Below, in pieces: positions 9,817-18,314 of a DNA stretch of 64,000 nucleotides. Location: sequence record PZ445527.1; one strand, 5' to 3'. Numbering within the stretch: position 1 is the stretch's first letter; every line of letters begins with the position of its first letter. Both the position numbers and the translations under genes were made by a program. The stretch comes from a phage. The notes under the pieces were generated by a model. It ran no database searches and was not told where the DNA came from. It saw only the letters and a list, made by a program, of their open reading frames with translations.

Positions 9817-10190
9817 GCTAATCTTTCCTCGAACTCCTTACTCTGCTTTTTAGCAATTAATGTAACCAATCCAGGCTTTGCAGCTATAATATCTTGACGA
9901 CTAAGTGCTTTATCAAGCTGGGAGATCTTCTTATCAAGATCTTGTTGGGAAATATTATGGAAAGTGAAATATTGATTCATACGTGTTTCACGTTGTTCAC
10001 TTTCAACTTTAATCTTGTTTAAGGAAGTTTCTAGAGTAGAGATCTTTTTAGTAGCTACTGCAAGATCACCTGATAGAGTCTCAACCTTATTAACTAAGTG
10101 ATAAGCACCGAATCCGATGCCTATCGCTAGACCTGCTCCCAGGATATACCATTTACCTTGCCATAGAGAACTAATAAAGTTTTTTATCAT
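9747..10190 (-). CDS. TM plus coiled-coil protein (candidate i-spanin)
   Basis: N-terminal TM helix WYILGAGLAIGIGFGAY followed by coiled-coil-like region; overlaps downstream lipoprotein gene by 70 nt. Confidence 0.5.
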   Translation of the reverse strand: MIKNFISSLWQGKWYILGAGLAIGIGFGAYHLVNKVETLSGDLAVATKKISTLETSLNKIKVESEQRETRMNQYFTFHNISQQDLDKKISQLDKALSRQDIIAAKPGLVTLIAKKQSKEFEERLACLTGSVEYCSQPQSQSQAVHKK

Positions 10191-10867
10191 CTTTTCATAT
10201 TCCTGAATGACGTAACCGTATCAAATCCATGTGCTGCTAGGCGGTCTTTATCAGAAGTGGTAATAATATCTGGTTCTCCTGTTCCAAGTACACCCCAAAT
10301 ATACTGCTCGATTCTTTGGTGCAGCCGATATAGGTTAGGTTCCACACTCTGCCACGGAATACCTGATAGGTGTAGACGCGGATTAGTTATAACCTTGAAG
10401 TATTTATTGTTATCTTTATCATTTGGAACTAATGAATCTAGAACTGCTAACGGTACTCTTAACTCAGTTAAGGCTTCTTCAGCTTTGGGGGTAACTTCTT
10501 CTTGCCATGCTAAGATAGACTCTTTTGGCTTCCCCCTATTTATGTCTAGCAAAGAAAACCCTGTTGACCATCCCTTCTCCTCCAAAATTTCTAACGCCTC
10601 GTCCAAACTGAAGGTTTTTACTTGGGTATCCAGTACATCAATGTGGTATAACCAGTAAATCTCCCCAGCTAGGAAGAAAGGCAAAATTTTAAAGTAGCCA
10701 ATCTTTCCCTCAATACGAGCAATCCTACGTTCTTGCATGATCATATAGTTGTCATCATCTGGGGCTTTTATTGTTAGCTCTTCAGTTTTACGTTCCCAAA
10801 CGCGATCGGGGTCGAACAAACTGTTCTGCAAATCATACACATCTACGAATTTAGAGATGATTCTCAT
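10187..10867 (-). CDS. hypothetical protein
   Basis: 226 aa ORF downstream of promoter 10899..10927. Confidence 0.55.
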   Translation of the reverse strand: MRIISKFVDVYDLQNSLFDPDRVWERKTEELTIKAPDDDNYMIMQERRIARIEGKIGYFKILPFFLAGEIYWLYHIDVLDTQVKTFSLDEALEILEEKGWSTGFSLLDINRGKPKESILAWQEEVTPKAEEALTELRVPLAVLDSLVPNDKDNNKYFKVITNPRLHLSGIPWQSVEPNLYRLHQRIEQYIWGVLGTGEPDIITTSDKDRLAAHGFDTVTSFRNMKR

Positions 10868-10898
10868 ATTTAATCCTCTTGCCTCAATCTATGAATAT

Positions 10899-10927
10899 AT
10901 TATACAAAAGTTTGGGCATCTATGCAA
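10899..10927 (-). promoter_or_regulatory. sigma70-type promoter
   Basis: TTGCAT, 17 nt spacer, TATAAT. Confidence 0.6.
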
Positions 10928-10940
10928 CTAAAATTTTATT

Positions 10941-10977
10941 ACAAAAATAGCCCAGTCGCAAAAGTGCAGGCTGGGCT
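10941..10977 (-). terminator. rho-independent terminator
   Basis: Hairpin AGCCCAG...CTGGGCT followed by ATTTTTGT on minus strand. Confidence 0.55.
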
Positions 10978-11021
10978 TTGTCATTATTTGCTTTTGCTAG
11001 TAAGTTGACTTAGTGTCAATC

Positions 11022-11402
11022 TTATGTAATATTAGTTTCTCTAGCTTTGCGTAGTACCCCTGCATTTCTCCATAACTTAATATCGTCTACTGTTTCTTTA
11101 TAAGGAGCTATGGTAAAACCTAGTGGGCCAGCACTAAATAATCCTAAGAATCCTATTGCACGCATATAGAATAAACATTCTTCGCCTGTCATTTCTTCAA
11201 CTGCTTTTCTTTGTTTTTCGTTTTCAAACTCGTGATCCTTGTTGTCTATACGAAGGTGTTTAATGAACCATTCAGCAGAATATTCATCTAAGTGTCTAAG
11301 TATGGCTACTGCATACCCAGCACCAATTAAAAACCAAGTGGTAACAAGAATTAATACTATAGTCATATCATCTCCAGTTAAGGTCAGCGACCAACTCACC
11401 AC
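11022..11402 (-). CDS. membrane protein
   Basis: 126 aa with two or more hydrophobic helices. Confidence 0.5.
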   Translation of the reverse strand: MVSWSLTLTGDDMTIVLILVTTWFLIGAGYAVAILRHLDEYSAEWFIKHLRIDNKDHEFENEKQRKAVEEMTGEECLFYMRAIGFLGLFSAGPLGFTIAPYKETVDDIKLWRNAGVLRKARETNIT

Positions 11403-11476
11403 TTACCGCACTAAGGGGCACGACTCCCTTATCCGTAACAGTTGCAGGTGACGCAACTCGGTCCTACGCGAGTTCT

Positions 11477-11761
11477 TTAAGTATTCTGCATTTCTGCTTT
11501 AAATTTTCTCATATTACGGGTTTTTCGGTAATAGAAAAATACAGATGTTGGGCCTAAAAGAATGTCTATAATAAATATTGCAGATCTAGCACACCTGAGC
11601 AACGTTTTATCATCAAGAGGTGCTAGGTCTGATGGACGTGTTTTATGTACAACATATAAGATCACATCTTTATTCTTGGAGATGAATAAATCATCTATTA
11701 GACTATAAATAGCAACCACAGAGCCGATGACGAACCAAAGAGCAAATGGAGAAACAATCAT
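11477..11761 (-). CDS. small membrane protein
   Basis: 94 aa, hydrophobic N-terminal half. Confidence 0.5.
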   Translation of the reverse strand: MIVSPFALWFVIGSVVAIYSLIDDLFISKNKDVILYVVHKTRPSDLAPLDDKTLLRCARSAIFIIDILLGPTSVFFYYRKTRNMRKFKAEMQNT

Positions 11762-12054
11762 TTCAGATCCTTTTCATTAATTAAAATATTTGTAAATAAT
11801 GGAGTATTTCCTAAACTCATAGTAGGTCCAAATGTTTTCATAGCTACCCATAACTGCATAGTAATCATGCCATCTTTAATTTCTGGATCTTTATACTCCT
11901 CGATACGTTTTTTAGCAAAGGCAACTACATCTGGAGTGCTGCCATTCTTTATAACATGATCATGCCAAAATTGTGCATCCTCACTACGCAGGAATGTTAA
12001 GATGTCCTTAGTTGCTGGAATCTGCACTGTGCTATTGATGTTTAGCTTTTTCAC
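11758..12054 (-). CDS. hypothetical protein
   Basis: 98 aa ORF, stop/start overlap with neighbours. Confidence 0.5.
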   Translation of the reverse strand: MKKLNINSTVQIPATKDILTFLRSEDAQFWHDHVIKNGSTPDVVAFAKKRIEEYKDPEIKDGMITMQLWVAMKTFGPTMSLGNTPLFTNILINEKDLK

Positions 12055-12451
12055 GTTCTTCTCTCCGACGTTTGCATTCTTTCATCATATGAGCTGCTAC
12101 TACTTCATGGTAGTAGTCATTAATGTTATCTTCTGGCAAGAAATGCTTAATAGTCTCTAGCTGACAAATAACTCGATGAAGATGATTATTTGGTAGACAC
12201 AATTTCATACCTGCAACAAATCCAGAGAAGCCTGGAACACTGAACATGGGTTGGGCTTCTACTCTACCTTCAGAGTTGATATTAAGCTCAATTGAGATAC
12301 CCATTTTCATGCTATAAAGCTGGCAGTATTCCCCATTACCAGATCTTGACCAAATAGTGAAGTCTTCATCAATTTGATCTTGGATTTCTGTAATTGCAAA
12401 TTTAATTCTAGGATCTAAATTATTCATCTTCACCTTCAAAGTCGCAATCAT
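12032..12451 (-). CDS. hypothetical protein
   Basis: 139 aa ORF. Confidence 0.5.
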   Translation of the reverse strand: MIATLKVKMNNLDPRIKFAITEIQDQIDEDFTIWSRSGNGEYCQLYSMKMGISIELNINSEGRVEAQPMFSVPGFSGFVAGMKLCLPNNHLHRVICQLETIKHFLPEDNINDYYHEVVAAHMMKECKRRREEREKAKHQ

Positions 12452-12722
12452 AACGACAAGTAAAAGAACTAGAGCTATTAGTACGTTGAGTAGTTATCTC
12501 ACCGCGTTTGCTAATGGTAATAGCTGGTGTAGAGAAATTTTTGTTAGTGTATACCTCTACTTTACCATTACGTTCCCTAACATCACGAACTTTACCATAC
12601 TCGGTAATAATACCATTCTGTTGTACCCTAACATTCCCATTTTTCATAAAAACTTTGGTAGATGCTAGAGAACCGAAACTAACTGCTGAAACCATCAGTG
12701 CAATAATAAACTTATTCATCAT
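12420..12722 (-). CDS. secreted small protein
   Basis: ORF 12420..12830; start placed at MMNKFIIALMVSAVSFGSLAST signal-peptide Met, which overlaps the upstream stop (ATGATGAATAA). Confidence 0.5.
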   Translation of the reverse strand: MMNKFIIALMVSAVSFGSLASTKVFMKNGNVRVQQNGIITEYGKVRDVRERNGKVEVYTNKNFSTPAITISKRGEITTQRTNSSSSFTCRYDCDFEGEDE

Positions 12723-12993
12723 GGTCTTCCTCATTGCAGTCACGGCATACATCATAATCATTGAAGGAATGTTCGTGGGCTTCACACCACCAAGAACAAG
12801 AATCACAGAGGAATATTTCGGTTTTCTCAAGTGCTTGGCCTAAAAGATCATCAGCTTCCTCAGCAGTAATCTTCAATCCACATACATCTGCCACACGTTC
12901 TTTAATTAAGCGACCTGCCTCATGGTAAGACATACAGGTTCCAACAACACTATGCTCGACAACGTGAATAGCACAGTCTAGACGAGTTTTCAT
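12712..12993 (-). CDS. cysteine-rich small protein
   Basis: 93 aa with multiple Cys pairs (CDSCSWWC, CRDC); RBS GAGAGAGG downstream of promoter 13024..13052. Confidence 0.55.
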   Translation of the reverse strand: MKTRLDCAIHVVEHSVVGTCMSYHEAGRLIKERVADVCGLKITAEEADDLLGQALEKTEIFLCDSCSWWCEAHEHSFNDYDVCRDCNEEDHDE

Positions 12994-13023
12994 TTCAAAC
13001 CTCTCTCATCAATTTATAAATAT

Positions 13024-13052
13024 ATTATAACAAGAAAAGAGAGGTTTAGCAA
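13024..13052 (-). promoter_or_regulatory. sigma70-type promoter
   Basis: TTGCTA, 17 nt spacer, TATAAT, leader ATATTTATAAATTGATGAGAGAGG. Confidence 0.65.
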
Positions 13053-13069
13053 ATGAATTATTTCAGAAA

Positions 13070-13417
13070 TTAGTCGTAGCACCACCATAACCCACGCTTA
13101 CGCATGTCATGATCGCGATTATAGTCGTAATTTTCTGGATCTTTCATCACGCGGTGGAGTTCTTGACGATTCCCTTGACGAACCATTTTATTAGAATGCC
13201 ACTTAACATTCTTACTAATGGAATTCCAGTTATAACCATCCTTTTTCTCATTACGAATGGTTGCTTCCTTCATTTCTTTTTTGATGTCGTCCCAGGATTT
13301 AGCATAAGTAACACGAATCCAGTAGCCATTTTCTTTTAGGAAAGAATATTCTTGAGAGAATTGTTCTTTAGACTTCCACCACTGATCACCAGATTGTTTA
13401 CGATAAGTACGGCTCAT
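13070..13417 (-). CDS. hypothetical protein
   Basis: 115 aa, Trp/Lys-rich. Confidence 0.55.
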   Translation of the reverse strand: MSRTYRKQSGDQWWKSKEQFSQEYSFLKENGYWIRVTYAKSWDDIKKEMKEATIRNEKKDGYNWNSISKNVKWHSNKMVRQGNRQELHRVMKDPENYDYNRDHDMRKRGLWWCYD

Positions 13418-13493
13418 ATTACCTCCATTAAGTCTTTTAAACTAACCTAATGTGGATGAATTTTGTTATACATATATTATGTACCTTTATACA

Positions 13494-13527
13494 GAAAAAC
13501 CCCAGACTACTTATTCAATAGCTGGGG
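13494..13527 (-). terminator. rho-independent terminator
   Basis: Hairpin CCCCAG...CTGGGG followed by TTTTT on minus strand. Confidence 0.6.
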
Positions 13528-13538
13528 TTTGTTATTAA

Positions 13539-13850
13539 TCACAGATCGGGGCGCTTATCTTCTAAACAGTCCGAGCTAATATCTTCTCCGAATCCTACGA
13601 AGCCATCAAATTCATTTGAAATATCCGTAATCATTGCTTCCATTTTCCTAATCTCCGAGGTTTTCATCCCTGCTTTACTATTCTTAAAGTGTTTGCGAGG
13701 ATTCCCGCACATCCAACAAGAACAGATACAAGGAGTAGTAGTGATAATACCTAACCGTTTAGGGCTTTCTTCATGCGGGAAGACTGTCCAATATTTCTTG
13801 CGGTTGTTCTTCACACGTTGCCGGTGATGACGTCTTAATGCTCGATCCAC
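13539..13850 (-). CDS. hypothetical protein with Cys cluster
   Basis: 103 aa; TPCICSCWMCG cysteine cluster; followed by hairpin terminator. Confidence 0.5.
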   Translation of the reverse strand: MDRALRRHHRQRVKNNRKKYWTVFPHEESPKRLGIITTTPCICSCWMCGNPRKHFKNSKAGMKTSEIRKMEAMITDISNEFDGFVGFGEDISSDCLEDKRPDL

Positions 13851-13931
13851 ACATTTCTCCTAAAACTTGGGAGATAAATGGAGTTTGCTCGACTACCTTA
13901 CGTAGTTCGTAGAAACCGTATCCAAGCCCCA

Positions 13932-14300
13932 TTACATCGCCTGAGTAAATGTACGACTAATAACGTCGTTCTGCTGTTCACGCGTCAGTGCGTTAAAACG
14001 CACAGCATAACCAGAAACACGAATGGTTAGCTGAGGATATTTTTCAGGATGTTTCTGAGCATCCAAAAGCTGGTCACGACTTAACACATTGACATTTAGG
14101 TGTTGACCCCCTTCAATTTGAGGGGCGACTTCCACCTTGACTTCACGAAAGGATTCGGGGTCAAAGTGAGGTGTGATACCTTCTAGATCCTCAACTAGAA
14201 CTTTTTGTTTAAGTTCACCATCTTTAGAGTATAATTGAATAATCTGATTATTATGAACAATATTAATTACGCCAGATTTAAGATTTTGATATGCTTTCAT
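13932..14300 (-). CDS. grcA: autonomous glycyl radical cofactor (GrcA/YfiD-like)
   Basis: 122 aa; C-terminus [30 protein letters not shown] carries the glycyl-radical motif RVSGYAV and aligns by eye with E. coli GrcA. Confidence 0.8.
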   Translation of the reverse strand: MKAYQNLKSGVINIVHNNQIIQLYSKDGELKQKVLVEDLEGITPHFDPESFREVKVEVAPQIEGGQHLNVNVLSRDQLLDAQKHPEKYPQLTIRVSGYAVRFNALTREQQNDVISRTFTQAM

Positions 14301-14669
14301 TAGATCTCCCTGATGTTAGAATTTGGCTCAGCTTTTTGTTAACCCAGAAGCAAGATAAAAACTGGAAGGCAGGCTTGCTTTTCTCTTAACCACTAGGCTA
14401 CTTTTGGGTGCTAGCATTCCGGTGAGATTGATGGTCTCGGTTAAGAAGAAAAACACGGGACTTCTGTTTTAACGTCGTGCTCCCGGATTGATGCGACTAC
14501 GTGATTGCTCGCGCTAAGACAATGGCTATCTAAAGTCTTAGCTTCTACATTTATACTCCTGGATAGCATGGAGTTGCAGTCTACTTCCTGCTGTCACGCC
14601 CGGTCATTTATAGAATGTGGACTCTCTTCTCAGCAAGTTCTGGCACTATGGCCTGATCTTCTGTTTGGT

Positions 14670-14745
14670 AGTTAGTAGTGGAATCGAACCAGGTTCCACG
14701 GTTTACAAGACCGTTGCATCGCCAGCAATGCTTTAAGAGCTATCG
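14670..14745 (-). tRNA. tRNA-like element or fragment (anticodon-like loop CTTGTAA, TGT)
   Basis: T-loop GGTTCGATTCC and 3-prime ACCA present with a good anticodon stem-loop, but no pairing 5-prime acceptor strand found; abuts the 3-prime end of the HNH ORF. Confidence 0.3.
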
Positions 14746-15132
14746 TTGTCTTGTTGAAACTCTATTTCTGGCCCTATGCGTAGAGGTCATAGAGTGGCAG
14801 TTAGGGCAGAGAATCTTTAGATTTTCTGGAGAACAGTTAGTTGCATCTCCATCTATATGATCTACCTCAGTTAAAACTGCTCCGTCAATTGGATGTTTCC
14901 CATCCCAACCACATACTTCACAAGCAGTACCACGAGTATCCCACAGCCACTTCCTAACAAAAGGTTTTAATTGTGCAGCTTTACCAGTATAACCAGGTTC
15001 TTCACCTGCCAGCCACTTTAATACTTTTTGCTTTGTCTGGTACTCCTGCTGACAAGCAGGACCACAATACTTACCTGCGGAACCTCTACTTTTAGGTTTT
15101 GTGATTCCGCAATTTAAACAAGTAAACTCCAT
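14740..15132 (-). CDS. HNH endonuclease
   Basis: 130 aa; EVDHIDGDATNCSPENLKILCPNCH HNH motif plus N-terminal Cys pairs. Confidence 0.75.
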   Translation of the reverse strand: MEFTCLNCGITKPKSRGSAGKYCGPACQQEYQTKQKVLKWLAGEEPGYTGKAAQLKPFVRKWLWDTRGTACEVCGWDGKHPIDGAVLTEVDHIDGDATNCSPENLKILCPNCHSMTSTHRARNRVSTRQR

Positions 15133-15296
15133 GTTGCTTCCTATTTCAACGGGATTTCTTTTTCAATAACAAGGGCTTATCAGTCATAACTGTCATTGCC
15201 ATTTGTTGTAGAAATTCAAAGGTGAAGGCTACACGTTCTTCACCAATCTCTACTTCTACACGTTTCTTTTGTTTGTCAACCTTTAATTTTAGGCTA

Positions 15297-15518
15297 TCAG
15301 CCATCTTCGGATTCTCGTTGCTCGGCTACTGCTAGCCAGTCTGGTAAAAGAAACTTAGTACGAAACTCTTCATACGTTTCTTCTGGATAAAAGCTAAAAC
15401 CCCCTTTCTCATCATTCAAGATAACAGAGCCGTCAGTTTGTTCATATGCTCGATATGTTTCTCCAATAATGATAACTCGCTTATCAGTACTTTTATTACG
15501 AAACTCAAAAACGTGCAT
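15297..15518 (-). CDS. hypothetical protein
   Basis: 73 aa ORF within the tRNA region. Confidence 0.45.
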   Translation of the reverse strand: MHVFEFRNKSTDKRVIIIGETYRAYEQTDGSVILNDEKGGFSFYPEETYEEFRTKFLLPDWLAVAEQRESEDG

Positions 15519-15534
15519 AACGTTTCCTTAAAGT

Positions 15535-15610
15535 TGGAGCGGCTAGAGGGAATCGAACCCTACTCAGCGAGGCTTGGAAGGCCTGCGACACAACCCGTGT
15601 GCTTAACCGC
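15535..15610 (-). tRNA. tRNA-Gly (anticodon TCC)
   Basis: Manual fold: acceptor GCGGTTA/TAGCCGC, anticodon loop CTTCCAA, T-loop TTCGATT, encoded CCA. Confidence 0.7.
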
Positions 15611-15618
15611 TTATTGTT

Positions 15619-15692
15619 TGGCAGGGGATATTGGATTTGAACCAATGATCTCGACTTCAAAGGCCGTTGTGCTAACCGTTACACTACTCTCC
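15619..15692 (-). tRNA. tRNA, possibly Gln (anticodon TTG)
   Basis: T-arm ATTGG-TTCAAAT-CCAAT, anticodon loop CTTTGAA, encoded CCA; acceptor stem pairs imperfectly so boundaries and isotype are uncertain. Confidence 0.45.
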
Positions 15693-15784
15693 AATTGTTT
15701 GGCTGGAGTGCCTGATTCAATCCCAGGCACCTTCGGAGTCAGAGGCCGACGACTTGACAATTGATCTACACCTCAAGAATACTA

Positions 15785-16021
15785 TTAACTAGATGCTGGT
15801 TCTGCTGGCTGAGATACAGCAGGCTGTTCTAATGTATCTGGTGCTGATACAGAGAAAAGAGCTTGTAATGCTGCAATATCACGCTCGTAAGTTTCAATAC
15901 GAGTAGTAAGAGTATCTACCATCTGTTTATGATAGGCTAAGTTATTCTGAGATTCATCTCGAAGGGTTTGCAGTTCTGCAAGACGTGTTAACATAATTTC
16001 ACTAATTAAAGCATTACTCAT
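15785..16021 (-). CDS. hypothetical protein
   Basis: 78 aa ORF, helical heptad-like character. Confidence 0.45.
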   Translation of the reverse strand: MSNALISEIMLTRLAELQTLRDESQNNLAYHKQMVDTLTTRIETYERDIAALQALFSVSAPDTLEQPAVSQPAEPASS

Positions 16022-16211
16022 TTGTTTCTCCTAAATTTTCCGGTTCTTCTAAACGTTTGCCTTCATGATCTACTCGAATAACTCCGCATCCTTCGCAAAT
16101 CACAACTGCACCATAACCTTCTTTGACTTCAGCTTCTGTAATCAAACCAGAAAGATCACCAGTATCTCTGCCCCACATATCAATGGAGCATTGTTTGCAG
16201 AAATCAGCCAT
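16014..16211 (-). CDS. small zinc-ribbon-like protein
   Basis: 65 aa with CKQC and CEGC pairs. Confidence 0.45.
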   Translation of the reverse strand: MADFCKQCSIDMWGRDTGDLSGLITEAEVKEGYGAVVICEGCGVIRVDHEGKRLEEPENLGETNE

Positions 16212-16236
16212 ATTTTATTTCCTATTTAAGTTAATT

Positions 16237-16313
16237 TGGGGTGGCTAGTGGAACTCGAATCCACATAGGCCTGATTCACAATCAGGATCATTAACCAATT
16301 ATGATATAGCCAC
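16237..16313 (-). tRNA. tRNA-His (anticodon GTG)
   Basis: Manual fold: acceptor GTGGCTA/TAGCCAC, D-stem TCAT/ATGA, anticodon stem CCTGA/TCAGG with loop TTGTGAA, T-arm GTGGA-TTCGAGT-TCCAC, CCA encoded. Confidence 0.8.
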
Positions 16314-16534
16314 AATTGAAAACTCGCAGGGTTAGCGAAACCATCCTCAATTAGCATGTTCTAGAATACTAATCAAGTTATCTCCTATTGCACGCAGCTC
16401 AAGACGAGTACGAATTTTCAATTGTGGCGGCTCTCAGAAACTCTTCTATTCTAGCCTCAGAAGCTTACCCCCGAACGCATGTCGGGAAAGTCTTTCCAAG
16501 CGCATCAAATAGCACCGTTACACTTTGAGCCATT

Positions 16535-16610
16535 GATGTATCAAGGAATAGAAGGACTTGAACCTTCATGAGTTAGACCATTTAACTCAACCGCTTTTTA
16601 GGGTATATTT
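16535..16610 (-). tRNA. tRNA-like element (unresolved)
   Basis: Perfect T-arm GAAGG-TTCAAGT-CCTTC on minus strand but acceptor and anticodon arms could not be paired by eye. Confidence 0.25.
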
Positions 16611-16679
16611 CTAGGAGTGGATGTTCCTAGTAAACCTATTCGGCAGTCCCGTCTACCAATTCCGGCATATTCCAAGATT

Positions 16680-16774
16680 TGGAGGTAGGTAAGGGGATCG
16701 AACCATTACACCGTATCACTACGGTCAACCGATTTCAAGTCGGAGTCCATCGCCAGCCGTTGGATTGACCTACC
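16680..16774 (-). tRNA. tRNA-Ser (anticodon TGA), class II
   Basis: Acceptor GGTAGGT/ACCTACC perfect, anticodon loop CTTGAAA, long variable arm, CCA encoded. Confidence 0.75.
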
Positions 16775-16786
16775 TTATAAATTGTT

Positions 16787-16871
16787 TGGTGGGTTAGGAG
16801 AGACTCGAACTCTCACGCACTTAAGCAAGGGCTTCTAAGACCCTCGTGGCTACCAATTACACCACTAACCC
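16787..16871 (-). tRNA. tRNA-Leu (anticodon TAG), class II
   Basis: Acceptor GGGTTAG/CTAACCC, anticodon stem AGGGT/GCCCT with loop CTTAGAA, long variable arm, T-arm GAGAG-TTCGAGT-CTCTC, CCA. Confidence 0.75.
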
Positions 16872-16877
16872 CTAATT

Positions 16878-16952
16878 TGGTGGACAGTAGGAGAGTCGAA
16901 CTCCTCACTCCTGAGTGCAAGTCAGGTATTTTCCCAGATAAACTAACCGCCC
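16878..16952 (-). tRNA. tRNA-Ala (anticodon TGC)
   Basis: Acceptor GGGCGGT with G3-U70 wobble, anticodon stem CCTGA/TCAGG with loop CTTGCAC, T-arm AGGAG-TTCGACT-CTCCT, CCA. Confidence 0.75.
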
Positions 16953-17191
16953 AAATTCTTTAATTTACTAAGGCTATTAGCTCGGCGTAACTACAGCACC
17001 TTCGCTTCAAGCGGAAGGAACCGCGTCATCTCGCAAACCCAATACACTATTCAGTTGCCGCTGAATCTAGTGGACTAATCTAGAACTTCTCCCGAGTCGT
17101 AGGGATCGTGCTTTTTGGCAGCCAGTCCTAGGTCGAGCTAATACCTTAGTGAATTATGATGAGGATTTCTCCCATATCAATTTATATAAAT

Positions 17192-17220
17192 ATTATAACA
17201 AGAAATTAATCATCAAGCAA
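17192..17220 (-). promoter_or_regulatory. sigma70-type promoter upstream of non-coding leader and tRNA-Ala/Leu/Ser
   Basis: TTGCTT, 17 nt spacer, TATAAT, then conserved leader ATATTTATATAAATTGA. Confidence 0.65.
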
Positions 17221-17321
17221 TTGAGTTTTTCTTGAAATTGGTAGCGGGTTCCAGTACTGCCCTGGACTTACTTAGCTTATGAGACTAAGAAGAACTCTAT
17301 GCCTTCCACCCGCAATTGTTT

Positions 17322-17400
17322 GGTTATTCTAGACAGGATTCGAACCTGTTATCACTTGTGCGGACTTACGAGAACCATTCTTTCACTCGAATCGAACGAG
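17322..17400 (-). tRNA. tRNA-like element (unresolved)
   Basis: Perfect T-arm ACAGG-TTCGAAT-CCTGT followed by ACCA; remaining arms not confidently paired. Confidence 0.3.
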
Positions 17401-17567
17401 CTTCTGCCCTAGCCAAGCTGGTTTCCCCATCAACCACGCTAGAATGTTTGATTGTTTTCAGTGCAAGAGTCCGAGTCTTGGACACGACCGTTTCGCAAGT
17501 ACATAGGCAGCTTATCATGAGTCAGCACTTCCGAATTGCTAGCCCCGTGTTCTGCACTGAAATTTTA

Positions 17568-17915
17568 TTAGTTTAACCGTAAAGTATTATCTAATTCACC
17601 ATTAATTGTTCGGCATTCCTCTGGAATTGCTGGTGTGGCCTTGTATTCCCACCACTCAGCACCATCATATTCCCCACGTTCTAGCCAAGTTCCGTCGGCA
17701 AACCATACATTACCATAAAGTAATTGTCCACCGTATCCAGAATCATACTCAAAGTCTAGGTTATCAAGAAAATCCTCAATATCTTCTTCTGTATAGCCTA
17801 AAGGTAATACCCAAACTTTTTTATCCCCATAATACCCGAATTCTATTTTAATACACTTAATTTTAGAATTGGTATTTTTTAAGGCAAGTAACAACTCTTC
17901 TTTAGCATTACGCAT
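17568..17915 (-). CDS. hypothetical protein
   Basis: 115 aa ORF between tRNA groups. Confidence 0.5.
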   Translation of the reverse strand: MRNAKEELLLALKNTNSKIKCIKIEFGYYGDKKVWVLPLGYTEEDIEDFLDNLDFEYDSGYGGQLLYGNVWFADGTWLERGEYDGAEWWEYKATPAIPEECRTINGELDNTLRLN

Positions 17916-17940
17916 AGTATATTCTCATACTGAATTAATT

Positions 17941-18017
17941 TGGCGCGACTGATGGGATTTGAACCCACATTCCCTCCCGTGATAGGGGAGTACCATTACC
18001 AAGCCAGCCACGGTCGC
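17941..18017 (-). tRNA. tRNA with unusual anticodon loop CTATCAC (anticodon ATC, isotype uncertain)
   Basis: Acceptor GCGACCG/CAGTCGC, anticodon stem CTCCC/GGGAG, T-arm GTGGG-TTCAAAT-CCCAT, CCA encoded. Confidence 0.6.
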
Positions 18018-18026
18018 ATAATTTAT

Positions 18027-18212
18027 TTACTCAGCTTTGAGTTTTTCAATAGCTGCATTAAGTTCTTTAAGAAACTCTTTTCGTACATTAAGACGATTGA
18101 GACTTACTAGTATATCATGTTTAAGTTCTTCGATGTATTTCTTCTCAACTTCAATATTGTTGATAGTGCTATCACGATGAACTTCTAGCTGCGCAATCAC
18201 ATTCTTGGACAT
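18027..18212 (-). CDS. hypothetical protein
   Basis: 61 aa ORF, charged helical. Confidence 0.4.
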   Translation of the reverse strand: MSKNVIAQLEVHRDSTINNIEVEKKYIEELKHDILVSLNRLNVRKEFLKELNAAIEKLKAE

Positions 18213-18314
18213 GCTTGTTTCCTCAGTTATTAATGAAAATGGTATCTGTGGCTGAATTAGATGTCAGCAATGATAGCTGGTTGGCTACCGGTTTACTTAA
18301 CTCTACACAGAATT

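Noticed and set aside
17316-17576. 86 aa plus-strand ORF inside the tRNA region
   Set aside because: Overlaps T-loop-containing tRNA-like sequences and is antisense to local transcription; no RBS.
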